63,264 bases of DNA. Origin: Octopus bimaculoides (lineage: Eukaryota). Positions 24,753 to 37,488 of the stretch are shown here, piece after piece. Positions within the stretch are counted from its first letter, which is position 1. Every line of letters starts with the position of its first letter. The DNA lies in assembly GCF_001194135.2 (NCBI RefSeq), contig NC_068984.1:4539464-4602727 (forward strand), in the 5' to 3' direction. The position numbers and the translations under genes were made by a program. Under the pieces are notes generated by a model that searched no databases, had not been told where the DNA came from, and saw only the letters and a list, made by a program, of their open reading frames with translations.

Positions 24753-27066
24753 CGCCTATACGTCTAAGGAGTTGCCTGTGTTTACCAAAACAATAATAGA
24801 CGTAAATCCAAAGGTGACTTTCTGACCAGCCATAACCAGATATATATGTGTATATACATGTGAGTATATATGTGTGCGTGTGTACTCAAACACCACACAC
24901 ACAGAGGCATGATCATATGTACATATGGAATAGACATACGCCAATTCAAATATCCACAGAGCTGTCTTATTCTAGGCAAGCATAAAAAATACCAAAATGA
25001 ATCACTCGCACACGTACATTATATGCAAGTGCTATGCCCCGTACTTACAGGACATGTAACACACATTTACTACAGCATGAATAAGCAATGAAGATGCCAG
25101 AAAATACAAGTTGAGAAAGTTGTCGAGTTTACATGGAGAAGTAGAGTGCGTAAACGGCAAATTAGGTTTAAGAAGTACAAACATTGCCATTGTCTTTCTG
25201 TTGGTATTAAAGATGTAGCGAATAACAGAGATCGAAGTATCTAAAACAACACTAAACAATGAAAGTATAAAAGACATCATTTGTTTTCTACAGATTCTTT
25301 CCTTAATCTCAAAAGAAACCCAAGTAAAAATGACACGTAACACAACACCGTCCCAAAATATAATAAAGTAGTCAAAACAGACCATTTCGAAGCTACATGG
25401 GGACTTTTAGAGTTTACCACAAACCTTGATTTATATTTTCATGTTAATAAAATACAGAATGCCGTACCTCTTTCTTCTTGATGTTTTTAATTACCATTAA
25501 TGCCAGTTTCATTCCATCTCCAAGACATAAAAAGAACCAGATAACAGGGGAGGTAATCATGGAGTTTTTAACTTCTTAAAAATATTCCGTGGGACTTTAT
25601 ATATTTCATATTCTAAAAGATTTATGTTTTATAATGTTGTATTAGAAAAGATGTATATTTGATCATTCTCTACGTAAACTATTCTCATCAACATCATTAT
25701 CATCACTTCTACTCTTATATTCAATATCATTAGCACGGTCATCTTTATTTCGTTAACATAAAAAGTATCTCTCTCACAATGTTGTTAATACTTGTGGCAT
25801 TACTAAGTTAAGGGTGAAAGTATGTTGTGAAAATATTTAAATTGTTATTTGTTAATTATTGAATTATTTGTCGGGAAAGGAGAAATAAATTTTTCAACTA
25901 GTGACATTGAAGGATAGCTTCACTGCTGGCATTCAGTGTCCCGTTTTACTATATGAAATTCATTATCAGGATACTTGGCTGTTACTACGCCTCTCACATG
26001 CCATCAACTGCAGTAAGACTGCGAACGTTTTGGGTTGTCTTAAATATATTCAAAGAAGCGCAACAATTGTTCTCTTGTGCGATGTTTAATTAAATACAGA
26101 GGTTACAAATCTAGAAAAGAAAAGAAAAAAACTTTTTCAGAATGTCAGTTTTCAATGCTGATTGCGTTTGACAGTTTCCCCCACTTTCATTTTGAGATCG
26201 TAACTAAAAGACATAGTGTGTTGGTCTGGCCGGATGGGTCTAGATCAGCGGTTACCAGAGTGGATGGGAGAAAGTTCTGTGGTTGGGGAGGATTGAAGCA
26301 AAAATGGGGAAATGATAGAGTGGCCAAACAGGAGACGATGGATGACAATGCCCCTCTCTATTTTTCAATGGTACACTCAACTATATAAAATAGTGTTTAA
26401 AAATAGATCTGAAAAACCTTGTTTTAAGAAACTAACTTCAAACAAGAACAGAGAGCGAAAATTAAATTTAAAGATCCAAAAGTTTACTGATGAAGCTGGT
26501 CATATTCCCGAGAGAATTCGCAAGAAGGGTAAAACAAAGAACAACCATAACGACAAGATCAAGAGCAGCAAAATGAGAAGAACGAACGTGTGTTCGCGCG
26601 TGCACGTGTTACGATTAAAGAAGACTGGTAACTGTTAAGATGGTTGATGAACAAAATATATAAATATTTATTTTCGTAAACAAAAAAAAAAATGTAACTA
26701 CGAACGACAAAATATCGATAGAGTTTGAAGATAGTTCTTGCATTAGTGTTTAGGAGAGTGGGTTATATATCTTTAGATATACACCTAACTCTCCTACATT
26801 AAATTGGAAGAGAACTGAACGCAGAAACTTCAAACTGATCAACAACAACAAATATTTATTGTTCGGTGGAAAAGGGAAACAGCTTCTAATTGTTCGGTTT
26901 TAGAGTAGCCTGAAATGTAGATGTACGGTTCTTCGTGCTGGTGTCGTTATAGAGACAACTTGGTTCAACCACACTCAAATGGGAGAGCTTGCTTAGACGT
27001 CTTGCTTGGTCGCTGTCTAGCTTGGTAAGAGACAGTCTAATAGCGAGAACGCTTCGATGTTGAAAC

Positions 27067-27311
27067 CCACGCATGCGTGGTTAAGGATTCAGTAATGGCG
27101 CCTGCCTTTTGGCGCCAATATGACGTCACTACAAGTGTGATTGTAGCAACAGTGAAAAATGTGGTTAGCTGCTGGTTGTATTACTGTCTTCTAATATCTC
27201 GTTTGTCGTCCGTTTATTGCTTCTGTGTTGTTAGCTTCGGTCAGCTGTTGTTGTAGCTAAGGTGCGCTGAATATATAGTGATGGTCAGGCTCAGAAAGAA
27301 GCGCGCCAAAA
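27067..27311. promoter_or_regulatory. Candidate CpG-rich housekeeping or bidirectional promoter
   Basis: CCACGCATGCGTGG palindrome (NRF1-like, 27067-27080), TAATGGCGCC (YY1-like, 27093-27102), TTTTGGCGCCA (E2F, 27107-27117), TGACGTCA (CRE, 27121-27128) and GCGCGCCAAAA (E2F, reverse, 27301-27311), in unique non-repeat sequence. Confidence 0.5.
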
Positions 27312-27679
27312 GAAGAAATTGTTATTGGAACCAGTTCCACGCAAAGTCTTGATTTGCTTGAATATTTTCGATGACGTAGATAATATTCGTGACATCGGAT
27401 ACAGTGATCTGATAGCTAAATATTTCCGCTACACACACACTCGTACATACATACATACAGTTCTGAACTACAATTAAACTATGACATTTTTAATACCAAT
27501 GATCAACTTCTCATTGTTAACTATTGCTCCATTTCTTTTCTTTTCTATATATATTAAACCACGGTTTTACCTTTAATTGTCAACTACTGTACACCTTATA
27601 GCTAGGACTATACATAATGAGGTAATACACCAAGAGTGCCTACGGATACATTTATCCCTTAGATGGTCGAATAACGTCT

Positions 27680-27711
<32 letters not shown>

Positions 27712-27747
27712 NNNNNNNNNNNNNNNNNNNNNNNNNNNNNNNNNNNC

Positions 27748-27792
<45 letters not shown>

Positions 27793-27828
27793 AGATATAG
27801 ATAGATAGATAGATAGATAGATTGTGGA

Positions 27829-28179
27829 GGCGCCAGTGGTTAGGGAAGCGGATTCGCGGTCATAGGATCGCGGTTTCGATTCCCAGACCGGGCGTTGTGA
27901 GTGTTTATTGAGCGAAAACACCTAAAGCTCCACGAGGCTCCGGTAGGGGATGGTGGCGAACCCGGCTGTACTCTTTCACCACAACTTTCTCTCACTCTTA
28001 CTTCCTATTTCTGTTGCCCCTGTAATTCAAAGGGCCAGCCTTGTCAATTCTGTGTCACGCTGAATAAGGGTACATGTGTCTGTTAATTTCACTTGCCACT
28101 TGCCCGTTAATTTCACGAGCAAGCTGTTCTGTTGATCGAATCAACTGGAACCCTCGACGTCGTAAGCGACGGAGTGCCA
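27829..28179 (+). mobile_element. SINE family C
   Basis: Homologous to 5995-6369 over its length. Confidence 0.85.
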
Positions 28180-29574
28180 ACAACAATATATATATATTAT
28201 ATACTTAGGACAATCAAACTTAGTTTACAGTTAGATTGGTCCCCCTCGCCAAGCAATAAAAGTATGGTTCTTGCTTATGTTTGCTTCGTCGAAGGTTAAC
28301 GTTTGGTTTCAACTTGATGTCAAGAAGCTGATGGCGAAAACAACGTAGTTACAAGTGGGATGTAAATTTGGACTTTCATGTTGTAAAAACAACAAAACAA
28401 TGGGTTGACTAGGTTAAGTTTTATTTGTGATATACAATTGCTTTGAATTTGCAGTAGAAAGAGGTCGATATTTGGGATGGGAGAGCTAGGAGTGTGATTT
28501 GGGTGCCAAGGGGGCGGCAGTCCGAAAAAGATTGGGAACCACTGATCTAGATTAATTAGCATGGAATTTAGTTACGTGCTGTCCCATTTTAAAGCCAATT
28601 CTGAATTGTGCTTGATGGACACATTCATATATGTGTCCATCATAATATTTACACAATTCTACACATGCTTGCCAGGGCTGTAGTCTGCTAGTTGTAAATG
28701 GAGTTCATGATTGAATTAATAACAGATAAGAATGGCTTCGTATAAACGGTGGAAAAATACTTTGTTCTTCATAGTCGACAATTCCTTTAACTCGATACCG
28801 AATGGTAGCCAAGGAACCAGTCTTCTTACGGACCTGTTGTTCTGTGTCAGCTACGTGCGCCTCTGGTGAAGAACTGTCTTGCCACTTATCCTCTGTTCGT
28901 CTTTCTCCTCTGGAACCTTCTCTAACCTCTGCGCTGATTCTGTCTCGCTTTTGCTTTTATAATCCCTATTTATGCACAAACAACTGGAACTTTCGATAAT
29001 ATGGGGTCATATTGCAGCAAGATGATTGGTCGGTATTTACGGCAGTCATCTCATCTGGTGTAGCCTGACCCTAGTTGCTAAACCTACACAAATTTGCATC
29101 AAGACCTCGCTACAATTGCTTACATTATTTTTATTAATTAGAAATGATTAAAACATCAATGCGAGGCAGTTGTAATAACTTTATTTGTTTTTATAAGACT
29201 TTTACATTTAACAATAAGATGAATGAAAAGAGTGGGCGATCAGTTTTGATTCATCGCCTGTATATTGTTAAAAACTTGTTCTGGACACGACAGACCAAAG
29301 AGAAAAAGATGAAAAAGAAAAACAGCATATCAGAAAGTTCCTGTATGGATGGATGGATGATCGGATGAATGAATTGGCTGGCTGAAGGATGGCTTCTCTT
29401 TTCTTCGTATTACTTCATTAGAAATCTACGGATGCACATACGCACATAATAGAGAAAAATGAAACAATTATGGACGACTTGCCCCGAAACACCACCGAGT
29501 GGGGAACACTTCTCAAAAATAACCTGCAGTTGTTTCCTTCAAAATTCCTACATGCTCGAAATGTACATACATCA

Positions 29575-29790
29575 AGGTATATTTGTAGAAAATTTCACGA
29601 AAAAATATTCATTTTCCTGAAAGTTAAGAGGAATTTAAGTGGACTCTGTTGGAATTTCCAAAAATTGTCCCCCACCCCCATTCCAAAACACTTTCACCGA
29701 AAATTTTGTATTTTCGGAATCTACATAATAAATAATATATGCGTAGAAAATTTCATTAAGAAATATTCATTTTTCTGAAAGTTATGACCT
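29575..29790 (+). repeat. Two ~100-bp modules of the fold-back family seen at 53429-54089
   Basis: GAAAATTTCA..AAAAATATTCATTTT(T/C)CTGAAAGTTA occurs twice. Confidence 0.6.
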
Positions 29791-30899
29791 TCCAAAGTCG
29801 GGGGTTGGTACAACTCTGTAGTTATGCCACAGCTAATAGTTCCTACAGTTACCTGTAAAGGAAAGGAGACAACTGAAGCGATTCTTGTTATTTCTTCTCT
29901 CCCCTCTCCAGGTAATGGGACGTAACTCTAGCCTGACTAACCGAGAAATGAATTCACTTTTAAATAATGTTGAGTTTATGATAAATTGATATAAAATGAC
30001 GCCAGTTACGTAACAGAAACGAAGGTTTTTAACTTTTTTAATGGAATAGCATAAATCAATGTTTTTCGGTGTAGCGTTATGTCATTGTATGCTGTGTCAG
30101 TTATCATTTGACCCTCAGCGTTATGAAAGGATTAACGGAGAATCTTGCCTCTCACAATATAGAAACATTTCTCATGGGACCAACAGACAAATACATACTG
30201 AGAAATGGATATAGTAAGTGAGAGAGTATATATATGACAGGACGATTAAGCTTAGACTAATTAACTGGTTCTCCATCAGTTCCAATAATGAGGGTTCCAA
30301 CGGATCCAATCAGTAGAACAGCTTGCTTGTCAAATTAACATGCAAGTGGCTGAGCACTCCACAGACGTGTGTTCTGAGGGAGATTTAGAGTGACAGATAA
30401 TGTGACAAGGTTGACCTTTGGAAATACGGATACAGCTCGTTTTTGCCAGTATTTGAGATGACATGCTTCAGGTGAGCACTGCAGACCAATTGAAGGACCC
30501 ATAGAACGAATGATTTACTCCTAGAGGAAATGGGAATGGATCTAACAATGGTCAGATGACAAAAACTGCGATATTTTGGTCATGTCATCAGGGCTCACAA
30601 CCTCTTCTCATATCCTTGTGGGGTTGGGTGAACAAAATAGGATAAAGCAGAAATAAGAACATCTGGGCCCTACCCTATGTGGACCCAAAGAGTGACCAGA
30701 CTTCCCAAGTTGATAAATATATGAAGGTAGGGGAAAGTTTCTGGTTCATAAAGGACAATAAATGAAGAGTTGCCTCCTGTCCACTTGAACCTTAAATGAC
30801 ACATCTCAGGTCGAAAGGAATTCCATCCATCACGGTGGATCAGACAAGCGAGAATCCTTAGATTTGGTTTCAAATCTCAGCTCAGAAAAAGGAAGTGTT

Positions 30900-31205
30900 A
30901 GTTTTTACAGAGGCATCAGATTGCTGAACCAAGTTATGAAGTTTATAGAAAGATTCATAGAACAGAATTAGTGTAGATGAGATGCAGTTTGGCTTTGTAC
31001 CTGGAAGAGGTATCACTGATGTCATCTTCTAACTGAGATACCTACAAAAGAAGTACATAGCTTAGAGTAAGCCATGAAACTTAGCATTTGTTGGTCTAGA
31101 AAAGGTATTTGACAGAGTAGCTGTCCTGCTCTATAATCTAGTCATCACTAAATTGAACAGCTTATGAGGACAAGAAAAGTCATGTACAGAAGAGCAGTCA
31201 GCAAG
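30900..31205 (+). mobile_element. RTE LINE RT domains 1-3 relic
   Basis: YRGIRLLNQVMKFIER...VDEMQFGFVPGRGITDVIF*LRYLQKKY...LAFVGLEKVFDRV. Confidence 0.85.
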
Positions 31206-31439
31206 AAATCAGTGTTTGCTTTGTTTTGTTTGGGACAGAGAGAATATTTTGAGGTGGATTTTGTACAGCCTGATGCTCTTCCTGTTACTAACTCTCATCT
31301 GTTTCCAAGTAAAGTAGTTTTTTGTCATGGTCAGACATGCTTTCACTGGAGATTGAAAACAGAGGACAACTGCTTGTATGTTGGTGGCACTTGCTTACAA
31401 CCATCAAGCAATGTCAAGGCAAGGAGATACACACACACA

Positions 31440-31483
<44 letters not shown>

Positions 31484-31751
31484 CACACATACAACAGGCT
31501 TCTTTCAGGTTCTGTCTACCAAATTCATCTACAAGGTTTTGGTTGGTCTGGGGCTCTATAGTAAAGGACACTTGCCCAAAGTGCAGTAGGACTGAACCCC
31601 AAACCTCATGTGGTTGGGAAGCAAACTTCTGACCACACAGTCAAGTACAAATTCATCCCTCAGTTGTTGGTTCTCTTCTGCTTGTCATTGTCCAATGGGC
31701 CACAACAGAAGTGCTTAAAATTGGCAGTTCATGAGAACTCCTGTATGCTGA

Positions 31752-31945
31752 GAAATGTGGCCTACTGGTTAGGGAATTGATCTAACTAACATAAGGTCAT
31801 GGATTCAATTCCAGGATCAGGCACTACATTGTGTCCTTGAGCAAGGCACTTCATTTCACCTCAGTTGAAAATGAATACCTATAGAGTACTGGTGCAAGTA
31901 TTTCTCCCTCCAGCAATCACATCCTGGATGGTCCACTGGGTCAGT
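31752..31945 (+). mobile_element. CORE-like tRNA SINE (family E)
   Basis: TGTGGCCTACTGGTTAGGG...GGATTCAATTCC...GTGTCCTTGAGCAAGGCACTT; second copy at 59020-59295. Confidence 0.6.
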
Positions 31946-34900
31946 GACTAGGGTTAGGGTTAGGGAGCTGAGAGAATGTCTCTGTTATGGTTAGTCATGT
32001 TGAAAAAATAACTATGGCTTTGTTTCACTGACTCCTTACTTTCTAAGTTTTGGTAAGGAATGGGAGTACCTCCGACTGGCACTTGTGCCAGTGGCACATA
32101 AAAAGCACTATCTGAATGTGATTGATGCCAGGCCTGCTTGATTTGCGCCTGTGCCAGTGGTACATAAAAAGCACCCATTACACTCTTGGAGTGGTTGGCA
32201 TTAGAAAGGGCATCCAGCTGTAGAAATATGGCCAGATCAGATTGGAGCTTGGTGCAGCCACTGGCTCTCCAGACCTCAGTCAAACCGTCCAACCCATGCC
32301 AGCATGGAAAACAGACGTTAAACGATGATGATGATGATGAGTAATAAAGAAACTTTCAATACGATTATCATTATTATTATTTTATCGATTAAATGCTCCA
32401 TTTTTAAAGTATTCATATCTCCACATAAGAAGCATCCATGCTGGTGCCACATAAAAAGCACCCAGTACACACTCTACAAAGCTGTTAGCATTAGGAAGGG
32501 GGGACGGGGGGCATCCAACCATAGGAACCCTACCAGAACAGACAATTGGTGCCTGACGCAGCTCTCCAGTTTGCCTGCTCCTGTTGAACCATCCAACCCA
32601 GGCCAGCATGGAAAATGGACATTAAATGACAATGGAGCAGCAATGGTGACAGCGTCGACAACAACAATGATAACAATTGCAACAGTGACAACAACAATAA
32701 CAACAACAATTTGACCAGTTTGGTCCCTGACAATCATCAGATGTCTTTCTTCAGCCTCTGTATATTGTACCTGAATGGATCCAAACTAAGGATCATGATA
32801 TTATTCAGAATGACTCGCATTTAAAATATTTAGAATGGTTTAGGAAGGGCATCCAGCTGTAGAAACTCTGCCAAATCAGCCTGGTGTAGCCATCTGGTTC
32901 GCCAGTCCCCAGTCAAATCGTCCAACCCATGCTAGCATGGAAAGCAGACGTTAAATGATGATGATGATGTTTACCGTTTTTAAACAACAAACTCTTTCAA
33001 CATTTACATTTTAAGATAATGTAAAATGGAAATAAATTTAGACTGAAAATCTAAAATATTAAAAGATTTGTTAATGTTAGTTGTACCATGGTCATCTTTT
33101 CTTTAATGCATTATGGATCCATATTTTGATTAATATTAGCATTTTGGTCACTCATTTCAAGTTCCTGTCTGTCAACCAAAGCCAACATTCTTCACTTCCA
33201 ACATTCTCAGTTTGTTGCATGAATTGGCCATTTCTTTCCATTTTCTTGTTCTGCTGTTCTTCATTTTCTCTTTGCCTTTTCCTCCTGTTTCAGTCACTTG
33301 AATCATGCAACTGCTTCACACTGATTAGGTACATAACAGACCGATCATGTGAAACCATTGTGGTTCAGTCGTGATGTATGACCAGTTACCTAATAGTTTA
33401 GTTTTGAATCACTGCTACACTGTTTATTTAACCATTTAAAAAATTATGAGGTTGTATTTGAGCAAGATTTGGCAGCAATTTGTAGTGACCCATGACGGTC
33501 AAGCAGGAAAGCAAAATGAAAAAGGGATCTAACGAGAGTAATCTCCCTCTACCTTCTCGAAAACTCTCGAATATTCTAGAAGCTTTCAATTAACTTCCGG
33601 ATGACATGGAAGTCAGAGACTTCCAGTTCATCCCTTATATAAAGCAGACACGTTTCTAATTTCACGCCTTTTGCCTGTCAGTTCCTAGGCGTATGCATGG
33701 AGCCACACCACCGCATGAGCGCCTATCCTCCTCATTTGCTTTGAGACATGTGATTGCAAAGTATGTTCATGTAATATGTTACAAGCCTTTTCTTTCAAAC
33801 CATTCTCATGTGTTAACTCATTACATCCAGTAATAAATATGTTATGACTTATTATGAACATCTCACAAGTTCTTATTTTTCTTGACATTTTACATTCAAG
33901 ATGGTGACCCTTCTTTCTCGCATGCAGTTGTAAAATTGTTGGTTGTCACATTCTGACATCACAACAAATTCATTGCAGGTTGAGCAATTACATAGAAACT
34001 TCTTCGTTTTAGTCATTGACCTTATTTTAGTCATTGTTGCTGCTGTTGTTGTTTAACACAAGGTTAGTCCTGATTGAGCAGAACTATACCCAAAGGTATT
34101 CTAGCCATGACCATCCCATCTTTTTCCTATGTACAACAAACCCAGGACTACATCATTCTGTATGTCTTTTGGGTGTGATCTGAAAGAGATTTAACTGTGA
34201 TTTCTAGCAGGTCGAGTGGCCATATAGAGCCTCTTGTTGGCTCAGCTCATTTTAGTTGTTTATGAAAATAAGCAGCCTTCTGCACAGCATCAGGACAAAT
34301 CACGTCTTTCCAGCATGAAAACTACAAAAGAGAAGAGGAAGAAACAGTGAAGGGCCATGGTGAGATTTTATCATAGAAACATGAAGGACCAAACTCTACA
34401 GCCTCCATTTAGGCACCTGTTGAAGAGTGTTCGGCAGATTCTTGTGATTGTTCATCATCATTGTCACAATCAGCGTCATCATCATCATCATCAGCATCAT
34501 TTACCATCCTGGCATGGGTTGGATAGTTTGACAGGAGCCAGCAAGACAGACGACTGAGCCAAGCTCAAATGTTTGCTTTGACATGGTTGGGGTCTACTGC
34601 TGGATACTCTTTTTAATGGTGACCAATTCATGAGTGTACCGGGTGTCTTCTATATGGCACTGATAAATATACCTATGAGTGGGGGGAGTAGAGAGAGAGA
34701 GAGAGAGTCAGATAGATAGGCACAGACAGACTTGTTCACTTAATTTCCATGTCGAGTACATTGGAACCACAGTGAAATATCCGGGGTCAGTTTGGCTTAA
34801 ATATAATTCCGTGACACCTGAGTGTCTGTTAAGACACATATTGCTATCATGAGATTTAAAATTTAGGATATTTACTCCTTATTTCAATGATGGTTACTAG

Positions 34901-35925
34901 TTGAGCATAACTTTTGATTAATATCACATCTGTGAAACCAGATTCATTAAAGTCTTTCAAGGAATCTCTCTGTGATCAGTCACTATACCAGAAAGGACAT
35001 GCAAATATTTGTCAAATAACTACATAAGCCTACCACCTTATAAAGGATGGTCATGGTCAGAATGTCTTTGGTCATAATTCTGCTCAGACAGAGCTGACAC
35101 CACAAGATTCGTTTTTAATCCATAGAAGACATGTGACAATTCATAGACACCCCCCTCGTAATAAGTTATCAGTTAACAATTGATTACTTTTGTAAAATAA
35201 AATGAGTCTCTGTGCTGTGAAAAGAGTTGAGTTACGACGCTTCGGATAAAAACACTTCTTCGACTATTTTCTAAGTATTTGGACGTCATTGTTCAGCTTC
35301 AGGTCAGGGCTGTAACTGAGCAAGCCAGTCATTAAAGTCGTCCCTGCCATGACCACATCATATTTGTCTTGATAGTGTAGCGGGTGTTTATAGTATTACA
35401 TTATCAGATGTCTCTTTCCTGACGAACACGCGACTTTGGAAGTAAGAGGAGGTCAAAACAGTCGATGAGATAAGAGATGATTGGAGAAAGATTAATAGTT
35501 CGATAAAACTGACGAGCACATGATACAGAAAAAAAAACCATATAATTTTATAATACATAATCTAAATTTATCGTTAGAAACATTTTCATCCTTTGGGAAA
35601 TATTGCGAGATACGAAACTAGGAACAAAACCCCTGACTTTACATAACTTTATGACGACGGTGAGGTTGTTCTTTCATTTCTTCTTGTTTTCGTTTCCAAC
35701 TTTTCGTTTTATCTTCGTCTCTTTCTCATTTTTCTTTATTATTTTACTCGCTAAATATTTTTATTTCACTTTACAATTTAAAAAAAAGTATCTGTATATA
35801 ATTGCTTATAAATATTAATTGGTTTTCGCTATTTTCCTGTTTGGTTGCATTTTACAAATTGAAAGTGAAAATAATCACATTTCTCTTTTGCGTGTGTGTA
35901 GATGTGAGCGTATACACGCGCGCGC

Positions 35926-35956
<31 letters not shown>

Positions 35957-37380
35957 TGTGTGTGTGTGCGTGTGTGTACATATATACATACATATATATA
36001 TATATACGTATATACGCGCACGTGTCTATTAATCATCCATTGTATTTTCTTCTTAATTGGAATCTCCTTCTGCCCGAACCACACACTCCCTTCATCATTT
36101 GGTCTGTTTCCTTTTATATTCCTTACAACCCGGCAGTGTTGTCGTCTCTCTACGGTTGTTGTTTGATCACAGGTCGTCCTTGATCGTGCAGTCCTATCGT
36201 CACAACCCATCTAGCCATTTTCTAAGATCGTATCTCGGTGATTTGAGGAAGATTTGGTTCCTATTTTTAACAGGTCCAACAACCATGTCGATTCACTCTT
36301 ATTCATTCCTTTTGTTTGTTCTCTTTCTGCCGGTAATGGTTTGTTTTTGTACACACATCATCGAGAGTGTGATGTGACACAAGTAAAGATATTAATTCCT
36401 CCTAGGTATGGTAAAATCACATTTAAAACGTGGTTATCAGCTTACATTGAGCATACCATTCTAGCCACGACCATCTCGTCTTAATAGAAAACATAACGCC
36501 ACATTATCCATTGTGCAGTTATTTATTTTTTCCTTTGTTATAAATAAATTTACAGTGTGATTTGATAGAAATTTGTCTAGTTTTTAGCAAGTCGAATGAT
36601 CTCGCTAAAGTTCCCTCCCCCAGTTAGAAGCGGGTGTAAAAACTAGTTCAGCGTTCATCATTTCAACACGTCCATACCTTAAGTCGAAGTGGCATTGTAC
36701 CAGTGACCATTTCGGAGAAGTGCCAAAATGAGCCAAAGGAAATAATTCTATAAGACCTTCCAAACTATAAATCTGGATAAATTTAGAACTTCTAATTCCT
36801 TGAAATTATCTCACCTGGTCTGTTGACCATTGCCACTAGGTTTTACTTTTCCCTTCTTCTTCTGTTGACTATTGCCACTAGGTTTTTCTTTTCCCTTCAG
36901 TTAATTATGTTTATTTGGTTATTGCGTTTCACTGCATCATCTCTTAGTTAATCAAAATTCATGACATTGACGCATTTGAATTACTTCCTTTGCTTCATTT
37001 TATTTTTAAACCATGTATAAAGTAAACCGTTATGATTCCATGCATTAAAGAAATATTAGATCGACGCCTGTACTCGACTGATACATTTATTTTATTAATC
37101 CCGGAAGAATGAAAGGAAAGATTGATCTGAGTAACTTTTGATCATCTCAGAATTTTGTAAAAATTTATGTCAGCTAATCAAACAGTCTTGAGTAGATTCT
37201 ACTTTACTGATGAAGTCTAACAGACTAAAACGTATCCATAGTTGTCTCCCCTTGGTGGCAAAGCTCTGTTCCTTCTCACAAGCAAACAAGTTACCATAAT
37301 TTACTAATGTATAAGTCACACTCAAGTATAAGCTGCATCCCTAGTTTGACATTAAATCATGGTGCAAATCTTTTTTCCTT

Positions 37381-37488
37381 CATAGTTTTGCTGTTTTGAA
37401 TCAGTGCGTGACCCTTCCATTCTTCATGTGGGTTGCTGCTGAAGGAATTACCATTCTGTATGGCTGGAATAGGTTAAAGATTCTCTGT
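37381..37488 (+). pseudogene. Partial duplicate of the TMEM187 coding sequence (nt 40051-40158)
   Basis: 97/108 identical bases by hand alignment; frame hits TGA shortly after. Confidence 0.9.

Noticed and set aside
26486-26520. CTGATGAAGCTGG...CCCGAGAG
   Set aside because: No GAAA and no convincing helix II or helix I.
36821-36898. 36-bp tandem duplication TGTTGAC(C/T)ATTGCCACTAGGTTTT.CTTTTCCCTTC
   Set aside because: Only two copies with a 6-bp spacer; simple local duplication, not CRISPR-like and with no evident function.
37207-37235. CTGATGA-A-GTCT-AAC-AGAC-TAAAACGT hammerhead-like core
   Set aside because: Helix II is good, but G12 is T and no helix I partner is visible; at best a dead relic that needs a family consensus.
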